DNA of 33,433 bases, from positions 5,774 to 39,206 of the forward strand of contig CAZGAM010000001.1 in assembly GCA_964523685.1 (NCBI GenBank), written 5' to 3'. Origin of the DNA: an uncultured Oscillospiraceae bacterium (GTDB taxonomy: Bacteria > Bacillota > Clostridia > Oscillospirales > Oscillospiraceae). The notes under the pieces were generated by a model that made no database searches, had not been told where the DNA came from, and saw nothing but the letters and a program-made list of their open reading frames with translations. This document shows positions 17,346 through 26,005 of this stretch, piece by piece (the stretch's first letter is position 1; each line of letters starts with the position of its first letter). The translations under genes were made by a program, and so were the position numbers.

Positions 17346-18295
17346 CAGCGGGATCCCTCCTTCTTTGTCAGACTGATCCGGGGATCCACAACAGCCATCA
17401 TGATATCGCCGAAAAGCAGTCCCAGGATAGAGACCACCGCGTAAATCACCACCAGCGCCTGGACCAGGGTGTTGTCCTGCCTCTTAATGGCGGTGACCAG
17501 CAGTCCGCCCATGCCCGGAATGGAATACAGGGATTCCACGTATAGAGAGCCCATCAGGGTGTTCAGAATGGAGCCGGGAATATACTGCACCAGAGGGACC
17601 ATGGCATTGCGGAAAACGTGCTTGCGGGAGATGCTGCCGCTGGAAACACCCTTGGCGCGGGCCAGAAGCACATAATCCTTATTGGCCTCGTCTACCATGT
17701 AGCGGCGCAGCCACATGGCATAGTAGGCGGTGCTGCCAATGGACAGGGAGAGAACGGGCAGAATATAGCTGGCGGGGACATCCTCGCTGAAAAGCATGGG
17801 TATGCCGGCGTATTGAGAGCCCACGAACTGGATCACGATATGGTATACTGCGGCGGGCACAGCCTGAACCACCACGACCAAAATAGTTCCCAGCCTGTCT
17901 CCAATTTTGAAACGGGTGCGGGTGCTGTGTGACATCCAAATTCCCAGAGCCAGACCCATCAACAGGCTCAGAGCAAAGGAGACAAGGCCGAATTTCACGG
18001 AAATGGGGATCTTTTCCGCGATGATGGTGTTGATGGACACCCCTTTGCGGTAGATATTGGAAGTTCCCAGATCACCATGGAACAGCTGATTATAAAAGCG
18101 CGCCAGCTGCTTCCACAGGGGGTCATTGAGCCCCAGAGAATTGAGTTTCACCTGAATCTCCGTGGAGGAGACCTTGTCAAAGTTGTCAAAGTACCCCTCA
18201 ATGGGCATCAGCCGCAGGAGAGAGAACAGGATGGTGATGATAATAAAAAGGGTAATGGATGCCCGAAGGATTCGTTTGAGAATATATTTGGCCAA
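17345..18295 (-). CDS. Peptide ABC transporter permease (OppB/DppB-like)
   Basis: 316 aa with a TTG start and AAGGAGG SD. MAKYILKRILRASITLFIIITILF... and ARAKGVSSGSISRKHVFRNAM (EAA loop) are present. Confidence 0.9.
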   Translation of the reverse strand: MAKYILKRILRASITLFIIITILFSLLRLMPIEGYFDNFDKVSSTEIQVKLNSLGLNDPLWKQLARFYNQLFHGDLGTSNIYRKGVSINTIIAEKIPISVKFGLVSFALSLLMGLALGIWMSHSTRTRFKIGDRLGTILVVVVQAVPAAVYHIVIQFVGSQYAGIPMLFSEDVPASYILPVLSLSIGSTAYYAMWLRRYMVDEANKDYVLLARAKGVSSGSISRKHVFRNAMVPLVQYIPGSILNTLMGSLYVESLYSIPGMGGLLVTAIKRQDNTLVQALVVIYAVVSILGLLFGDIMMAVVDPRISLTKKEGSR

Positions 18296-18360
18296 GGAAA
18301 TTCCTCCTTACTCTGAGCCATGACTGGCCGTACCAGGGATTTTCCCTGGAAGAAGACCAT

Positions 18361-18401
18361 CAAAAGAAGCGGATACCCCCTGCCGGCAAAGCAGCAGGGG
18401 G
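18361..18401 (-). terminator. Hairpin/attenuator after the SBP gene
   Basis: On the minus strand: CCCCCTGC, a 10-nt loop, GCAGGGGG, then TATCCGCTTCTTTTG. This is a typical intra-operon partial terminator following a binding-protein gene. Confidence 0.5.
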
Positions 18402-18416
18402 CACCATGACGGAATA

Positions 18417-20348
18417 TCAGCCCTTGGCGGCAAGCCAGGCCTCATACGCTTCGTTGTATTCGTCAATGCTCATGGATTTCTCCTGGATGTGCTGATCCTT
18501 ATACCGGTAGGTGACGGTGTCAACCATGGCATACTGTCCCTCAAAAACATTCAGCTTGGACATGGAGTAGCTGATCTCATTGGTATGCATGGGGATCACA
18601 AAGGCATGATCCAGCAGGAATGTTTCAGCTTTGGCAAAAGCGGCATACCGGGCATCGGTATCGGTGGTAATGGCCTTGGCCTCATCCACCAGAGCACAGT
18701 ACTCCTCATACAGAGCCTTGGTCTCGGGATCCGTACTCGCATAAATAAAACTGTAGCTGGAGTCGGGGGTGAAGGGGTCGGTCCAGGTCTCTGGGTCGGC
18801 GTAGTCGGCACCCCAGTTGCACTTCATAAAGGCATAGTTGCCGGCACGGCGCACAGCGGCCAGGAATCCGTCAGAGGGACCTGCCTCTACAATAATATCG
18901 ATGTAATCCGTGCCCAGAACGCCCTCAATCTGCTGTTCCACGACCTGGCATTCATTGGCCCAGTTGGTGGTAGCGGGATTGTAGCTCATGAGCACCTTGA
19001 CCGGGAAGGTGGCACCCTCCGCGGTGAGTTCCTCTATCGCCTTATCCCGATATTCCACCGCCAGATCCGCGTCGAAATTATCACCCTCTACATAGGCGGC
19101 AAGCCCCTCATAGGAGGTGTAATCCTTCCCCTCATACAGCGCGAAATTGCTGGGTGTGATGGTGTTGCTGATGTTAGCCATGGGATTGAGAGGATCGTTG
19201 GCAGCCAGGGCGGGAACCCGCTGAAAAGCGTGTACGATGGACTGGCGGAAGTTCTCATTGTTGACCGCCAGAGTCCAGTTTTCCGGCTCGTATTCCTCAT
19301 CGAAATTGGCGTCAAAATTGAATAGATACCAGTAGGAATAGGAGGTACTCGGGCGGGAGGAGTGAATCTGGTCCGCAGTCTCCGGATCCGCCATCATGGC
19401 GGTGAGCAGGTCAGAGGAGATGCTGGCGGAATCCACTTCCCCATTCAGGTACATTGTCGCAGAAATAGAGGACGCCTCCGCGTTGTAGGTCTCCCGAACC
19501 TCGTCAATATACACACACTCCGGCTCCCAGTAGCTGGGGTTCTTGGTCAGCACATGCTCCTGCTGCGGTTTAAAGGAAGACAGAATGTAGGCGCCGCAGT
19601 AGAGAAGGTTTTCATTGTCGGTACCGAAGCTCTCCCCGCACTGCTCCAGGAAAGGACCATACACGGGCATGAAGGCACCGTGGGACAGAAGAGAGACAAA
19701 ATAGGCCTTGGAGCCGGTCAGGGTGAACTCCAGGGTGTAGTCATCTACCGCCTTGACGCCGATATCGTCCAGAGAAGCTTCGGGGGCCTCTTCCAATACG
19801 ACCTCGTTGCCCTCCTCGTCGGTGACGAGCTTGGCGGGGTTGCCGTTCTCATCCTCCCCGTCCTTGGCGGTGGGAAGGGCGATCTGATAGGCGGTATAGT
19901 CATAATAGGCGCTGGCACCGGCAATATTATCCCGCAGCACGCTGTAGGTGCCGCAGTCGTTGGCGGCATCGCAGATGTAGTGGATGGCGGACACCCAGTC
20001 GTTGGCGGTGACATCGGCGACCTCGTTGCCGTCCTTGTCTACCCACTTAACGCCCTCCCGCAGATGGAATGTCCATACCGTGGCGTCCTCGTTGGGTTCC
20101 CACTCGGTTGCCAGAGCCGGCTCCACATTGCCGTAGGAGTCATACTCCACCAGACAGTCGATCAGGTTGAAGGTGAGGGTCGTGGTGACAGCCGCGGTGG
20201 AGTTCAGGTAATTGAGTGTGTCCACCTCGCTGGCATAGAGGGTGCGGTAGACTGCAGGCTCTCCCTCCGCGGAAACAGCGACACAGCCCAGGGATAGAAC
20301 CATGGCGGCACACAGCAGCAGAGTGAGCACTCGGGTGCTTGTTCTCAT
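18417..20348 (-). CDS. ABC transporter substrate-binding protein, family 5 (peptide/muropeptide binding)
   Basis: 643 aa. The N-terminal signal peptide MRTSTRVLTLLLCAAMVLSLGCVAVSAEG has either an SLGC lipobox-like site or an AVSA/EG cleavage site. The family-5 core includes YRTLYASEVDTLNYL and WEPNEDATVWTFHLREGVKW. Confidence 0.9.
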   Translation of the reverse strand: MRTSTRVLTLLLCAAMVLSLGCVAVSAEGEPAVYRTLYASEVDTLNYLNSTAAVTTTLTFNLIDCLVEYDSYGNVEPALATEWEPNEDATVWTFHLREGVKWVDKDGNEVADVTANDWVSAIHYICDAANDCGTYSVLRDNIAGASAYYDYTAYQIALPTAKDGEDENGNPAKLVTDEEGNEVVLEEAPEASLDDIGVKAVDDYTLEFTLTGSKAYFVSLLSHGAFMPVYGPFLEQCGESFGTDNENLLYCGAYILSSFKPQQEHVLTKNPSYWEPECVYIDEVRETYNAEASSISATMYLNGEVDSASISSDLLTAMMADPETADQIHSSRPSTSYSYWYLFNFDANFDEEYEPENWTLAVNNENFRQSIVHAFQRVPALAANDPLNPMANISNTITPSNFALYEGKDYTSYEGLAAYVEGDNFDADLAVEYRDKAIEELTAEGATFPVKVLMSYNPATTNWANECQVVEQQIEGVLGTDYIDIIVEAGPSDGFLAAVRRAGNYAFMKCNWGADYADPETWTDPFTPDSSYSFIYASTDPETKALYEEYCALVDEAKAITTDTDARYAAFAKAETFLLDHAFVIPMHTNEISYSMSKLNVFEGQYAMVDTVTYRYKDQHIQEKSMSIDEYNEAYEAWLAAKG

Positions 20349-20380
20349 AGGAATTCTCCTCTCACAGAAAATTTATTATA

Positions 20381-20397
20381 CCGCCCCGCATGGGCGG
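20381..20397 (-). terminator. Intercistronic GC hairpin between the epimerase and SBP genes
   Basis: On the minus strand: CCGCCC-ATGCG-GGGCGG followed by TATAATAAATTTT. This may be a partial terminator or a processing/stability element. Confidence 0.35.
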
Positions 20398-20409
20398 AAT
20401 ATGACCGTT

Positions 20410-21492
20410 TCAGCGCCAGCAGTCCGGCACCTGTACGCCGATGCCCGGCGTATCATTCAGCGTAATAAAGGGCCCTTCAAAACGGGGGCCGCCGGAAAAA
20501 GGTTCGCTGGCACAAAGGGAAGGGCCGTCCAGGTCGGCCATGGTGACAATGCTCCTGGCTCCGGCCAGCTGGGCTGCCGCTGCCACCGAAATCTGGCTTT
20601 CCAGCATGCACCCAATCATGCACTGGACGCCATAGGATTCGGCGATGGCGCACAGGCGCAGAGCCGGCCAGATGCCACCGGTTTTCATGAGCTTGATGTT
20701 GATCAGGTCGGCAGCATGCATCTGCAGAATGCGCAGGGCATCTACGGGTGAAAAAACACTCTCATCGGCGAGGATGGGGGTATGAACATGCTCTGTCACA
20801 TACCGCAGACCATCCAGGTCAGCGGCGGGTACCGGCTGTTCCACCAGCTGGGCATCTACCCCCGCGTCCTCCAGAGCACAGATAATGCGCACCGCGCTGC
20901 GGGGACTCCAGCCCTGGTTGGCATCCACCCGGAGAATAATCTCCGGTCCTACCGCCCTGCGGATGGCGGTCAGACGCTGGACATCCTGGCGGCTGTCCCT
21001 GCCCACTTTGACTTTCAGGATGCGAAAGCCCCGATCCACCGCCTCCAAGCTGTCCCGAACCATCTCTTCTGTGTCGTTGACGGAGATGGTCAGGTCGGTT
21101 TCCACCCGGGATCTGGCGCCGCCCAGAAGACGCCAGAGCGGCACGCCAAGGCTTTTTCCCCACAGATCCAGCAGAGCCATGTCTACGGCGGCCTTGGCAG
21201 AGGTGTTATGGACCATGCAGTGCTGCAGAACATCCATGACCGCATCCAGATCCATCAGATCCAACCCCGTAACGGCGGGGGCTATGAAATCCTGTATGGC
21301 GCCGGCTATGGATGCGCAGGTTTCTCCGGTGATGACGGCGGTTGCCGGGGCCTCTCCGTATCCCTCCAGGTCATTGTCTCCGATGACCCGAACAACGATA
21401 TCCTCTATGTGCTCTACCGTACGCAGAGCGGTTTTAAAGGGGTGAACCAGCGGGAGAGAGATCTTCCCCAGCTGAATGCTGCGGATACGCAA
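20410..21492 (-). CDS. L-Ala-D/L-Glu (dipeptide) epimerase, enolase superfamily (YkfB-like)
   Basis: The start is trimmed to TTG 21492 (GAAGGTGG SD). (M)RIRSIQLGKISLPLVHPFKTALRTVEHIEDIVVRV...KVKVGRD...LRVDANQGW...LVEQPV...ILADES...DLINIKLMKTGG is colinear with my recollection of B. subtilis YkfB, including KxK, DANQGW, EQP and ADES. Confidence 0.88.
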   Translation of the reverse strand: MRIRSIQLGKISLPLVHPFKTALRTVEHIEDIVVRVIGDNDLEGYGEAPATAVITGETCASIAGAIQDFIAPAVTGLDLMDLDAVMDVLQHCMVHNTSAKAAVDMALLDLWGKSLGVPLWRLLGGARSRVETDLTISVNDTEEMVRDSLEAVDRGFRILKVKVGRDSRQDVQRLTAIRRAVGPEIILRVDANQGWSPRSAVRIICALEDAGVDAQLVEQPVPAADLDGLRYVTEHVHTPILADESVFSPVDALRILQMHAADLINIKLMKTGGIWPALRLCAIAESYGVQCMIGCMLESQISVAAAAQLAGARSIVTMADLDGPSLCASEPFSGGPRFEGPFITLNDTPGIGVQVPDCWR

Positions 21493-21654
21493 AAAACCAC
21501 CTTCTTTATTACCCAATATGCCCTGTTTCCGGGTCAAAAGACAGACCGTGCGCGTCGCGCATGCCGACACCCGGCAGGGTCGGAAGACACGCAGAGGGCT
21601 TCTTGGCGTCTGCTTTCAGGCTCCCTGCGCCAAATAAAAAGGACACTGAATCTT

Positions 21655-21683
21655 ATCATACCACAAACTGCCGGGATATGCTA
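21655..21683 (-). promoter_or_regulatory. Weak candidate promoter of the muropeptide operon
   Basis: On the minus strand there is an extended -10, TGtGGTATGAT (TATGAT = 21655-21660). The -35 is poor (TAGCAT). The leader to the epimerase start would be about 165 nt. Confidence 0.25.
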
Positions 21684-21757
21684 CTTTTTTTTGAGGGCGA
21701 AGCTCAGCTTATCTGCCGTCCCCCCACGGGTAAACGGGGGTTTCGTGCCGGGAGAGT

Positions 21758-22675
21758 TTATGTTGGGAGCCGATCCAGCCAGCGGCAGGCGGCCAGAGCA
21801 GCTACAGCGCCGTCGGCTGTGGCGGTGGTCAGCTGGCGAACCTGTTTGGCTCTGCAGTCGCCGGCGGCAAAAACGCCGGGGGTTGTGGTGAGGCAGTCTT
21901 CGCCCGAGGCGGCATAGCCGTCCGCGTCCAGCTGCAGGAGCGAGGAAAAAATATGGTTGTCCGGCACGTGTCCCACCGCCACAAACAGCCCCTCAGCGGG
22001 AAGGGTGAGATGCTGGTCCCCCTGGCGGACCAGGATGCCTTTCAGGTCATGATCTCCTGCCAGGGCCTCTACCGTGGCGGACAGGAGCAGTTTCACGTTA
22101 TCCCGGGAGGATAGGGCCTGTGTCAGCCCGGCATCGGCACGAAAGCTGTCCCGGCGATGGATCACCGTGACCTGGGAGCAGAACCCGGTGAGGTACAGTG
22201 CGTCCTGGACAGCGGTGTTCCCGCCGCCCACTACGGCAACGGACTTGTTTTTGTAGAAGGCCCCGTCGCATACAGCACAATAACTCACTCCGTTTCCCGC
22301 CAGAGAGTCCTCTCTGTCGATTCCCAGTTTTCTGGGCTTGGCACCGGCCGCAGCGATGAGGGCTCTGCAGCGGTATACCGAACCGGATGCCGTATGTACC
22401 AGCTTCCAATCGCCGTCTCTTTCCACGGAAACCGCTTCTTCCAGTTCTGCCTCCGCGCCCTGCGCCATCGCCTGCTCCAGGAACTTATCGGCCAGTTCCA
22501 GGCCGCTTACCGAGAGAAACCCTGGAAAATTCTCTACCTTGGGCGACCAGGCGATCTGCCCGCCGAAAGTGTCTTTTTCCAGGAGTAGAACAGATTTGCC
22601 GGCCCGGCAGGCGTAGGTGGCGGCTGTCAGTCCGGCTGGGCCTCCTCCGATGATCAGTAAGTCAACTGTTTTCAT
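21758..22675 (-). CDS. trxB: Thioredoxin-disulfide reductase
   Basis: The start is trimmed to ATG 22675 (GGAG SD). It has MKTVDLLIIGGGPAGLTAATYACRAG (FAD GxGxxG), the redox-active site VSYCAVCDGAFY, and VVGGGNTAVQDALYL (NADPH site). Confidence 0.9.
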   Translation of the reverse strand: MKTVDLLIIGGGPAGLTAATYACRAGKSVLLLEKDTFGGQIAWSPKVENFPGFLSVSGLELADKFLEQAMAQGAEAELEEAVSVERDGDWKLVHTASGSVYRCRALIAAAGAKPRKLGIDREDSLAGNGVSYCAVCDGAFYKNKSVAVVGGGNTAVQDALYLTGFCSQVTVIHRRDSFRADAGLTQALSSRDNVKLLLSATVEALAGDHDLKGILVRQGDQHLTLPAEGLFVAVGHVPDNHIFSSLLQLDADGYAASGEDCLTTTPGVFAAGDCRAKQVRQLTTATADGAVAALAACRWLDRLPT

Positions 22676-22686
22676 AAAGCATCTCC

Positions 22687-22725
22687 AAAACAGAAAATCA
22701 TCCCGGCAGGAAAAGCCGGGATGAT
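22687..22725 (-). terminator. Strong intrinsic terminator between nrdD and trxB
   Basis: On the minus strand: ATCATCCCGGC, loop TTTTCCT, GCCGGGATGAT (11 perfect bp), then TTTCTGTTTT. The U-tract runs straight into the trxB SD. Confidence 0.75.
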
Positions 22726-22742
22726 CCAATCGGGCAAAAAGT

Positions 22743-25136
22743 TTACGCAATACCGCTGCTCAAGCCAAGGATATACTGTCTGATCGCGCCGGCACCGGCG
22801 TATTTCTCCACATTTCCGTTCTCGTCAATAAGTACCAGGGTGGGGGCCTGTTTTACACCATAGAGCGCTGCCAGGTCCGCATTTTCCTCAGCCATGAGTT
22901 TTTCATAGGCGAAGCCGGCCTTATCCATGGCAGAACAGGCGATCCGGCAGTTGGGACAGGTAGGCGTGGCGAAAAGAAGGGAGCGTGGGATCTGGGGAAT
23001 CTTTTCCGCGTTCTCGGGGGCGTTTTCGTTTGATACGGGAGCCAGAGGTCCCTGATGCTTCAGAACAGAGTTGGCAACCACATATTCCCGGCGTTCCTTA
23101 TACTCCTGCGTCTTCCCGGCGTTCCAGTTTTGAACAGGGCGGTAGTAGCCGGTGATGCGGCTGTATACTTCCGTCTTCTCGCCGCACACCGGGCAAATGA
23201 ACTGCTCTCCCGTCAGATAGCCGTGATTCTTGCAGACAGAATACGTCGGAGACAAGGTGTAATAGGGCAGACGGTAGTTTTCGGCGATCTTGCGCACCAG
23301 GTTGGCGGCAGCTTCCCAGTCTGGCAGCTTTTCCCCGAGAAAAGCGTGGAACACCGTGCCGGAGGTATAACGGGTCTGGAGATCGTCCTGGATATCCAGC
23401 GCATCGAAGATGTCTTCCGTATAGCCCACAGGCAGATGGGAACTGTTGGTGTAATAGGGGGTGCCACCCGGCTCGGCTGCGGTAATGATATCCGGATAAA
23501 TTTCCACATCATGTTTGGCCAAGCGATACGCGGTAGATTCGGCAGGGGTGGCCTCCAGGTTGTAGAGATCGCCATATTGCTCCTGGTAGTCCTTCAGACG
23601 CTCCCGCATATGATCCAACACCTGTTTGGTGAACTGCTGGCACTTGGGACTGGTCATATCGGCCCGGATCCACTTGGCGTTGAGTCCCGCCTCGTTCATG
23701 CCCACCAGGCCAATGGTGGAGAAGTGATTGTCAAAACTTCCCAGATAATGCTTCGTGTAGGGGTACAGTCCTGCGTCCAGAAGTTTGGTGATCACATCCC
23801 GTTTGATTTTCAGGGAGCGTGCGGCCAGATCCATGAGCTTGTCCAGACGGACATAGAAATCTTTTTCATCCGTGGCAAGATACGCCAGACGGGGCATATT
23901 CAGGGTTACAACACCCACCGAGCCGGTGCTCTCCCCGGAGCCGAAGAAACCACCAGATTTTCTGCGCAGTTCCCGCAGATCCAGGCGGAGGCGGCAGCAC
24001 ATGGAGCGCACATCAGACGGTTCCATATCGGAGTTGATATAATTGGAGAAATAGGGAGTACCGTATTTGGCGGTCATCTCAAAGAGCATTTTATTATTTT
24101 CTGTGGCGGACCAGTCAAAGTCCTTGGTGATGGAATAAGTGGGGATGGGATACTGGAAACCGCGGCCGTTGGCATCGCCGCTGATCATAATATCAATGAA
24201 GGCCTTGTTGACGATGTCCATCTCCGGCTTGCAGTCGCCATAGGTGAAATCCATCTCCCTGCCGCCCACAATCGCGGGCAGATCCTTCAGATCATCCGGG
24301 ACCGTCCAGTCCAGGGTGATATTGGAGAACGGTGCCTGTGTACCCCAGCGGGATGGAGTATTCACGCCGAAGACGAAGGACTGGATGCACTGTTTGACCT
24401 CTTTATAGCTTAAATTGTCCACCTTGACAAAGGGAGCCAGATAGGTGTCAAAAGAGGAGAAAGCCTGGGCACCGGCCCACTCGTTCTGCATGATGCCCAG
24501 GAAATTGACCATCTGGTTGCAGAGCGTGGAGAGATGGCTTGCCGGGGCAGAATTGATTTTGCCTGGGATGCCCAGCCCCTCCTGGATGAGCTGCTTCAGA
24601 CTCCAGCCGGCACAATATCCGGTGAGCATGGACAAATCGTGCAAATGCAGATCGCAGTTGCGGTGGGCGTCGGCAATGGCCTGATCGTAAATTTCACTGA
24701 GCCAGTAGTTGGCTGTGACGGCGCCGGAATTGGAGAGGATCAAGCCTCCCACAGAGTAGGTGACCGTGGAATTCTCCTTTACCCGCCAGTCCTGCACATT
24801 CAAATATTTGTCTACCGTCTCCTTATAATCCAAAAAAGTGGATTTCACATTCCGCAGATTTTCTCTCTGCTTGCGGTAGAGAATATAGGCCTTGGCGACG
24901 GTCTCATACCCGCCGCGGGAAAGGACCGCTTCTACACTGTCCTGTATATCTTCGACAGCCACAAGGCTGTTTCGGATCTTAGCCTGAAAGTCTGCCGTAA
25001 CTTTCAGCGCCAGAAAATCAATGACACTCTCATTGTAATCGGTTTGCGTGGCCTCAAAGGCCTTCTTGATGGCTCCAGCGATTTTACTGATATCAAAGTC
25101 GACGATGGTTCCGTCGCGCTTTGTTACCTGATACAT
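22743..25136 (-). CDS. nrdD: Anaerobic ribonucleoside-triphosphate reductase (class III) with a C-terminal thioredoxin-fold extension
   Basis: 797 aa. The N-terminus is an ATP-cone (MYQVTKRDGTIVDFDISKIAGAIKKAF...). The NrdD core follows, with a Zn-ribbon (CKNHGY...CPVCG) and the glycyl-radical motif SRITGYYRPVQNWNAGK. A further roughly 112 aa end in a Trx fold (LLFATPTCPNCRIA...KQAPTLVLI). Confidence 0.93.
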   Translation of the reverse strand: MYQVTKRDGTIVDFDISKIAGAIKKAFEATQTDYNESVIDFLALKVTADFQAKIRNSLVAVEDIQDSVEAVLSRGGYETVAKAYILYRKQRENLRNVKSTFLDYKETVDKYLNVQDWRVKENSTVTYSVGGLILSNSGAVTANYWLSEIYDQAIADAHRNCDLHLHDLSMLTGYCAGWSLKQLIQEGLGIPGKINSAPASHLSTLCNQMVNFLGIMQNEWAGAQAFSSFDTYLAPFVKVDNLSYKEVKQCIQSFVFGVNTPSRWGTQAPFSNITLDWTVPDDLKDLPAIVGGREMDFTYGDCKPEMDIVNKAFIDIMISGDANGRGFQYPIPTYSITKDFDWSATENNKMLFEMTAKYGTPYFSNYINSDMEPSDVRSMCCRLRLDLRELRRKSGGFFGSGESTGSVGVVTLNMPRLAYLATDEKDFYVRLDKLMDLAARSLKIKRDVITKLLDAGLYPYTKHYLGSFDNHFSTIGLVGMNEAGLNAKWIRADMTSPKCQQFTKQVLDHMRERLKDYQEQYGDLYNLEATPAESTAYRLAKHDVEIYPDIITAAEPGGTPYYTNSSHLPVGYTEDIFDALDIQDDLQTRYTSGTVFHAFLGEKLPDWEAAANLVRKIAENYRLPYYTLSPTYSVCKNHGYLTGEQFICPVCGEKTEVYSRITGYYRPVQNWNAGKTQEYKERREYVVANSVLKHQGPLAPVSNENAPENAEKIPQIPRSLLFATPTCPNCRIACSAMDKAGFAYEKLMAEENADLAALYGVKQAPTLVLIDENGNVEKYAGAGAIRQYILGLSSGIA

Positions 25137-25178
25137 GTACTCCCCTCCTTGTGTTTTTTCTGCAGATCCGCAATCGGA

Positions 25179-25883
25179 TCATATGCCTCTCACCTGTACG
25201 CAGGGCACATAGGGCTCCACGGCTTTGGCGAGATCTCTCATTTCCTGTTCATTGTAGGCGGACAGACCTTCGATGCGGATGATATTGCCGGAATCCTTGA
25301 ACTGCTGCAGATAGTATGCCCGGGCCCCGTGAATCCATTTGGCCGCGTCTATAAGACTTTCCCTGGAGTGGAGTCCCCGCACTACCGTAGTGCGGAACTC
25401 GTAGTCGATCTTTCCGGAGAGAAGAAAGTCCTTAGACCGTTCAACAGCGGCCATGTCCAGGTCCGCCGTACCCGCGGTTTCCCGGTACAGGGCGGGGGCA
25501 TTTTTTATATCCATAGCGACCCGGTCCACCAGATTGTCCCGCACCAGGTCCCTGAGCATGTCCGGGAAACATCCATTGGTGTCCAGCTTGATTTTATAGC
25601 CCAGGGAGCGAATTTTTGCCAGAAAAATTCCGATGTCTTTCTGCATCAGGGGTTCTCCACCGGAGACAGCGACTGCATCAAGAATACCGCGGCGTTTTTT
25701 CAGAAACGCCAGGACATCCTCTTCCCCAAGCTGGGGAAAGGGGGTGATGCCGGGGAGGACAAGAGGCGCATTATGGCAGAAAGGGCATCGAAAATTGCAT
25801 CCACAGGTAAAAACGGTGCAGGCCACCTGCCCCGGATAATCCAAAAGGGTGAGCTTCTGCAGACCGGCTAGTTGCATGTCCAT
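25179..25883 (-). CDS. nrdG: Anaerobic RNR activating protein (radical SAM)
   Basis: 234 aa. GLQKLTLLDYPGQVACTVFTCGCNFRCPFCHN is the CxxxCxxC cluster. The start could be ATG 25877 instead, which has better spacing from GGAGG. Confidence 0.9.
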   Translation of the reverse strand: MDMQLAGLQKLTLLDYPGQVACTVFTCGCNFRCPFCHNAPLVLPGITPFPQLGEEDVLAFLKKRRGILDAVAVSGGEPLMQKDIGIFLAKIRSLGYKIKLDTNGCFPDMLRDLVRDNLVDRVAMDIKNAPALYRETAGTADLDMAAVERSKDFLLSGKIDYEFRTTVVRGLHSRESLIDAAKWIHGARAYYLQQFKDSGNIIRIEGLSAYNEQEMRDLAKAVEPYVPCVQVRGI

Positions 25884-25924
25884 CCTCCATGCCGCCTGGG
25901 AAACAGCGGCTGTACTGCTCTGTT

Positions 25925-25953
25925 ATAATAAAGCAATTCCGGGTTCTTGTCAA
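25925..25953 (-). promoter_or_regulatory. Putative nrdG-nrdD promoter
   Basis: On the minus strand: TTGACA (25948-25953), a 17-nt spacer, then TATTAT (25925-25930). Confidence 0.55.
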
Positions 25954-25963
25954 TAGAGAATTC

Positions 25964-25979
25964 ACACAAGATATAGGAA
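25964..25979. promoter_or_regulatory. Candidate NrdR box 1
   Basis: ACACAAGATATAGGAA matches about 12 of 16 positions of the NrdR consensus acaCwAtATaTwGtgt as I recall it. It sits just upstream of the -35. Confidence 0.35.
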
Positions 25980-26005
25980 CAAATAGCCGTGTATTGCCCG
26001 GAAAG

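Noticed and set aside
15843-17444. A 533-aa ORF on the plus strand spanning the ATPase/permease genes. Similar long ORFs occur at 14321-15331, 18489-19325, 19362-20297 and 20782-21891.
   Set aside because: They lie antisense to strongly supported ABC transporter, SBP and epimerase genes. Their composition is G/D/Q/H/R-rich low-complexity typical of shadow frames. They have no SD and no recognisable domain.
23055-25871. Two long plus-strand ORFs (452 aa and 445 aa) opposite nrdD and nrdG.
   Set aside because: They are shadow ORFs antisense to an unambiguous NrdD/NrdG pair, with no motifs and implausible composition.
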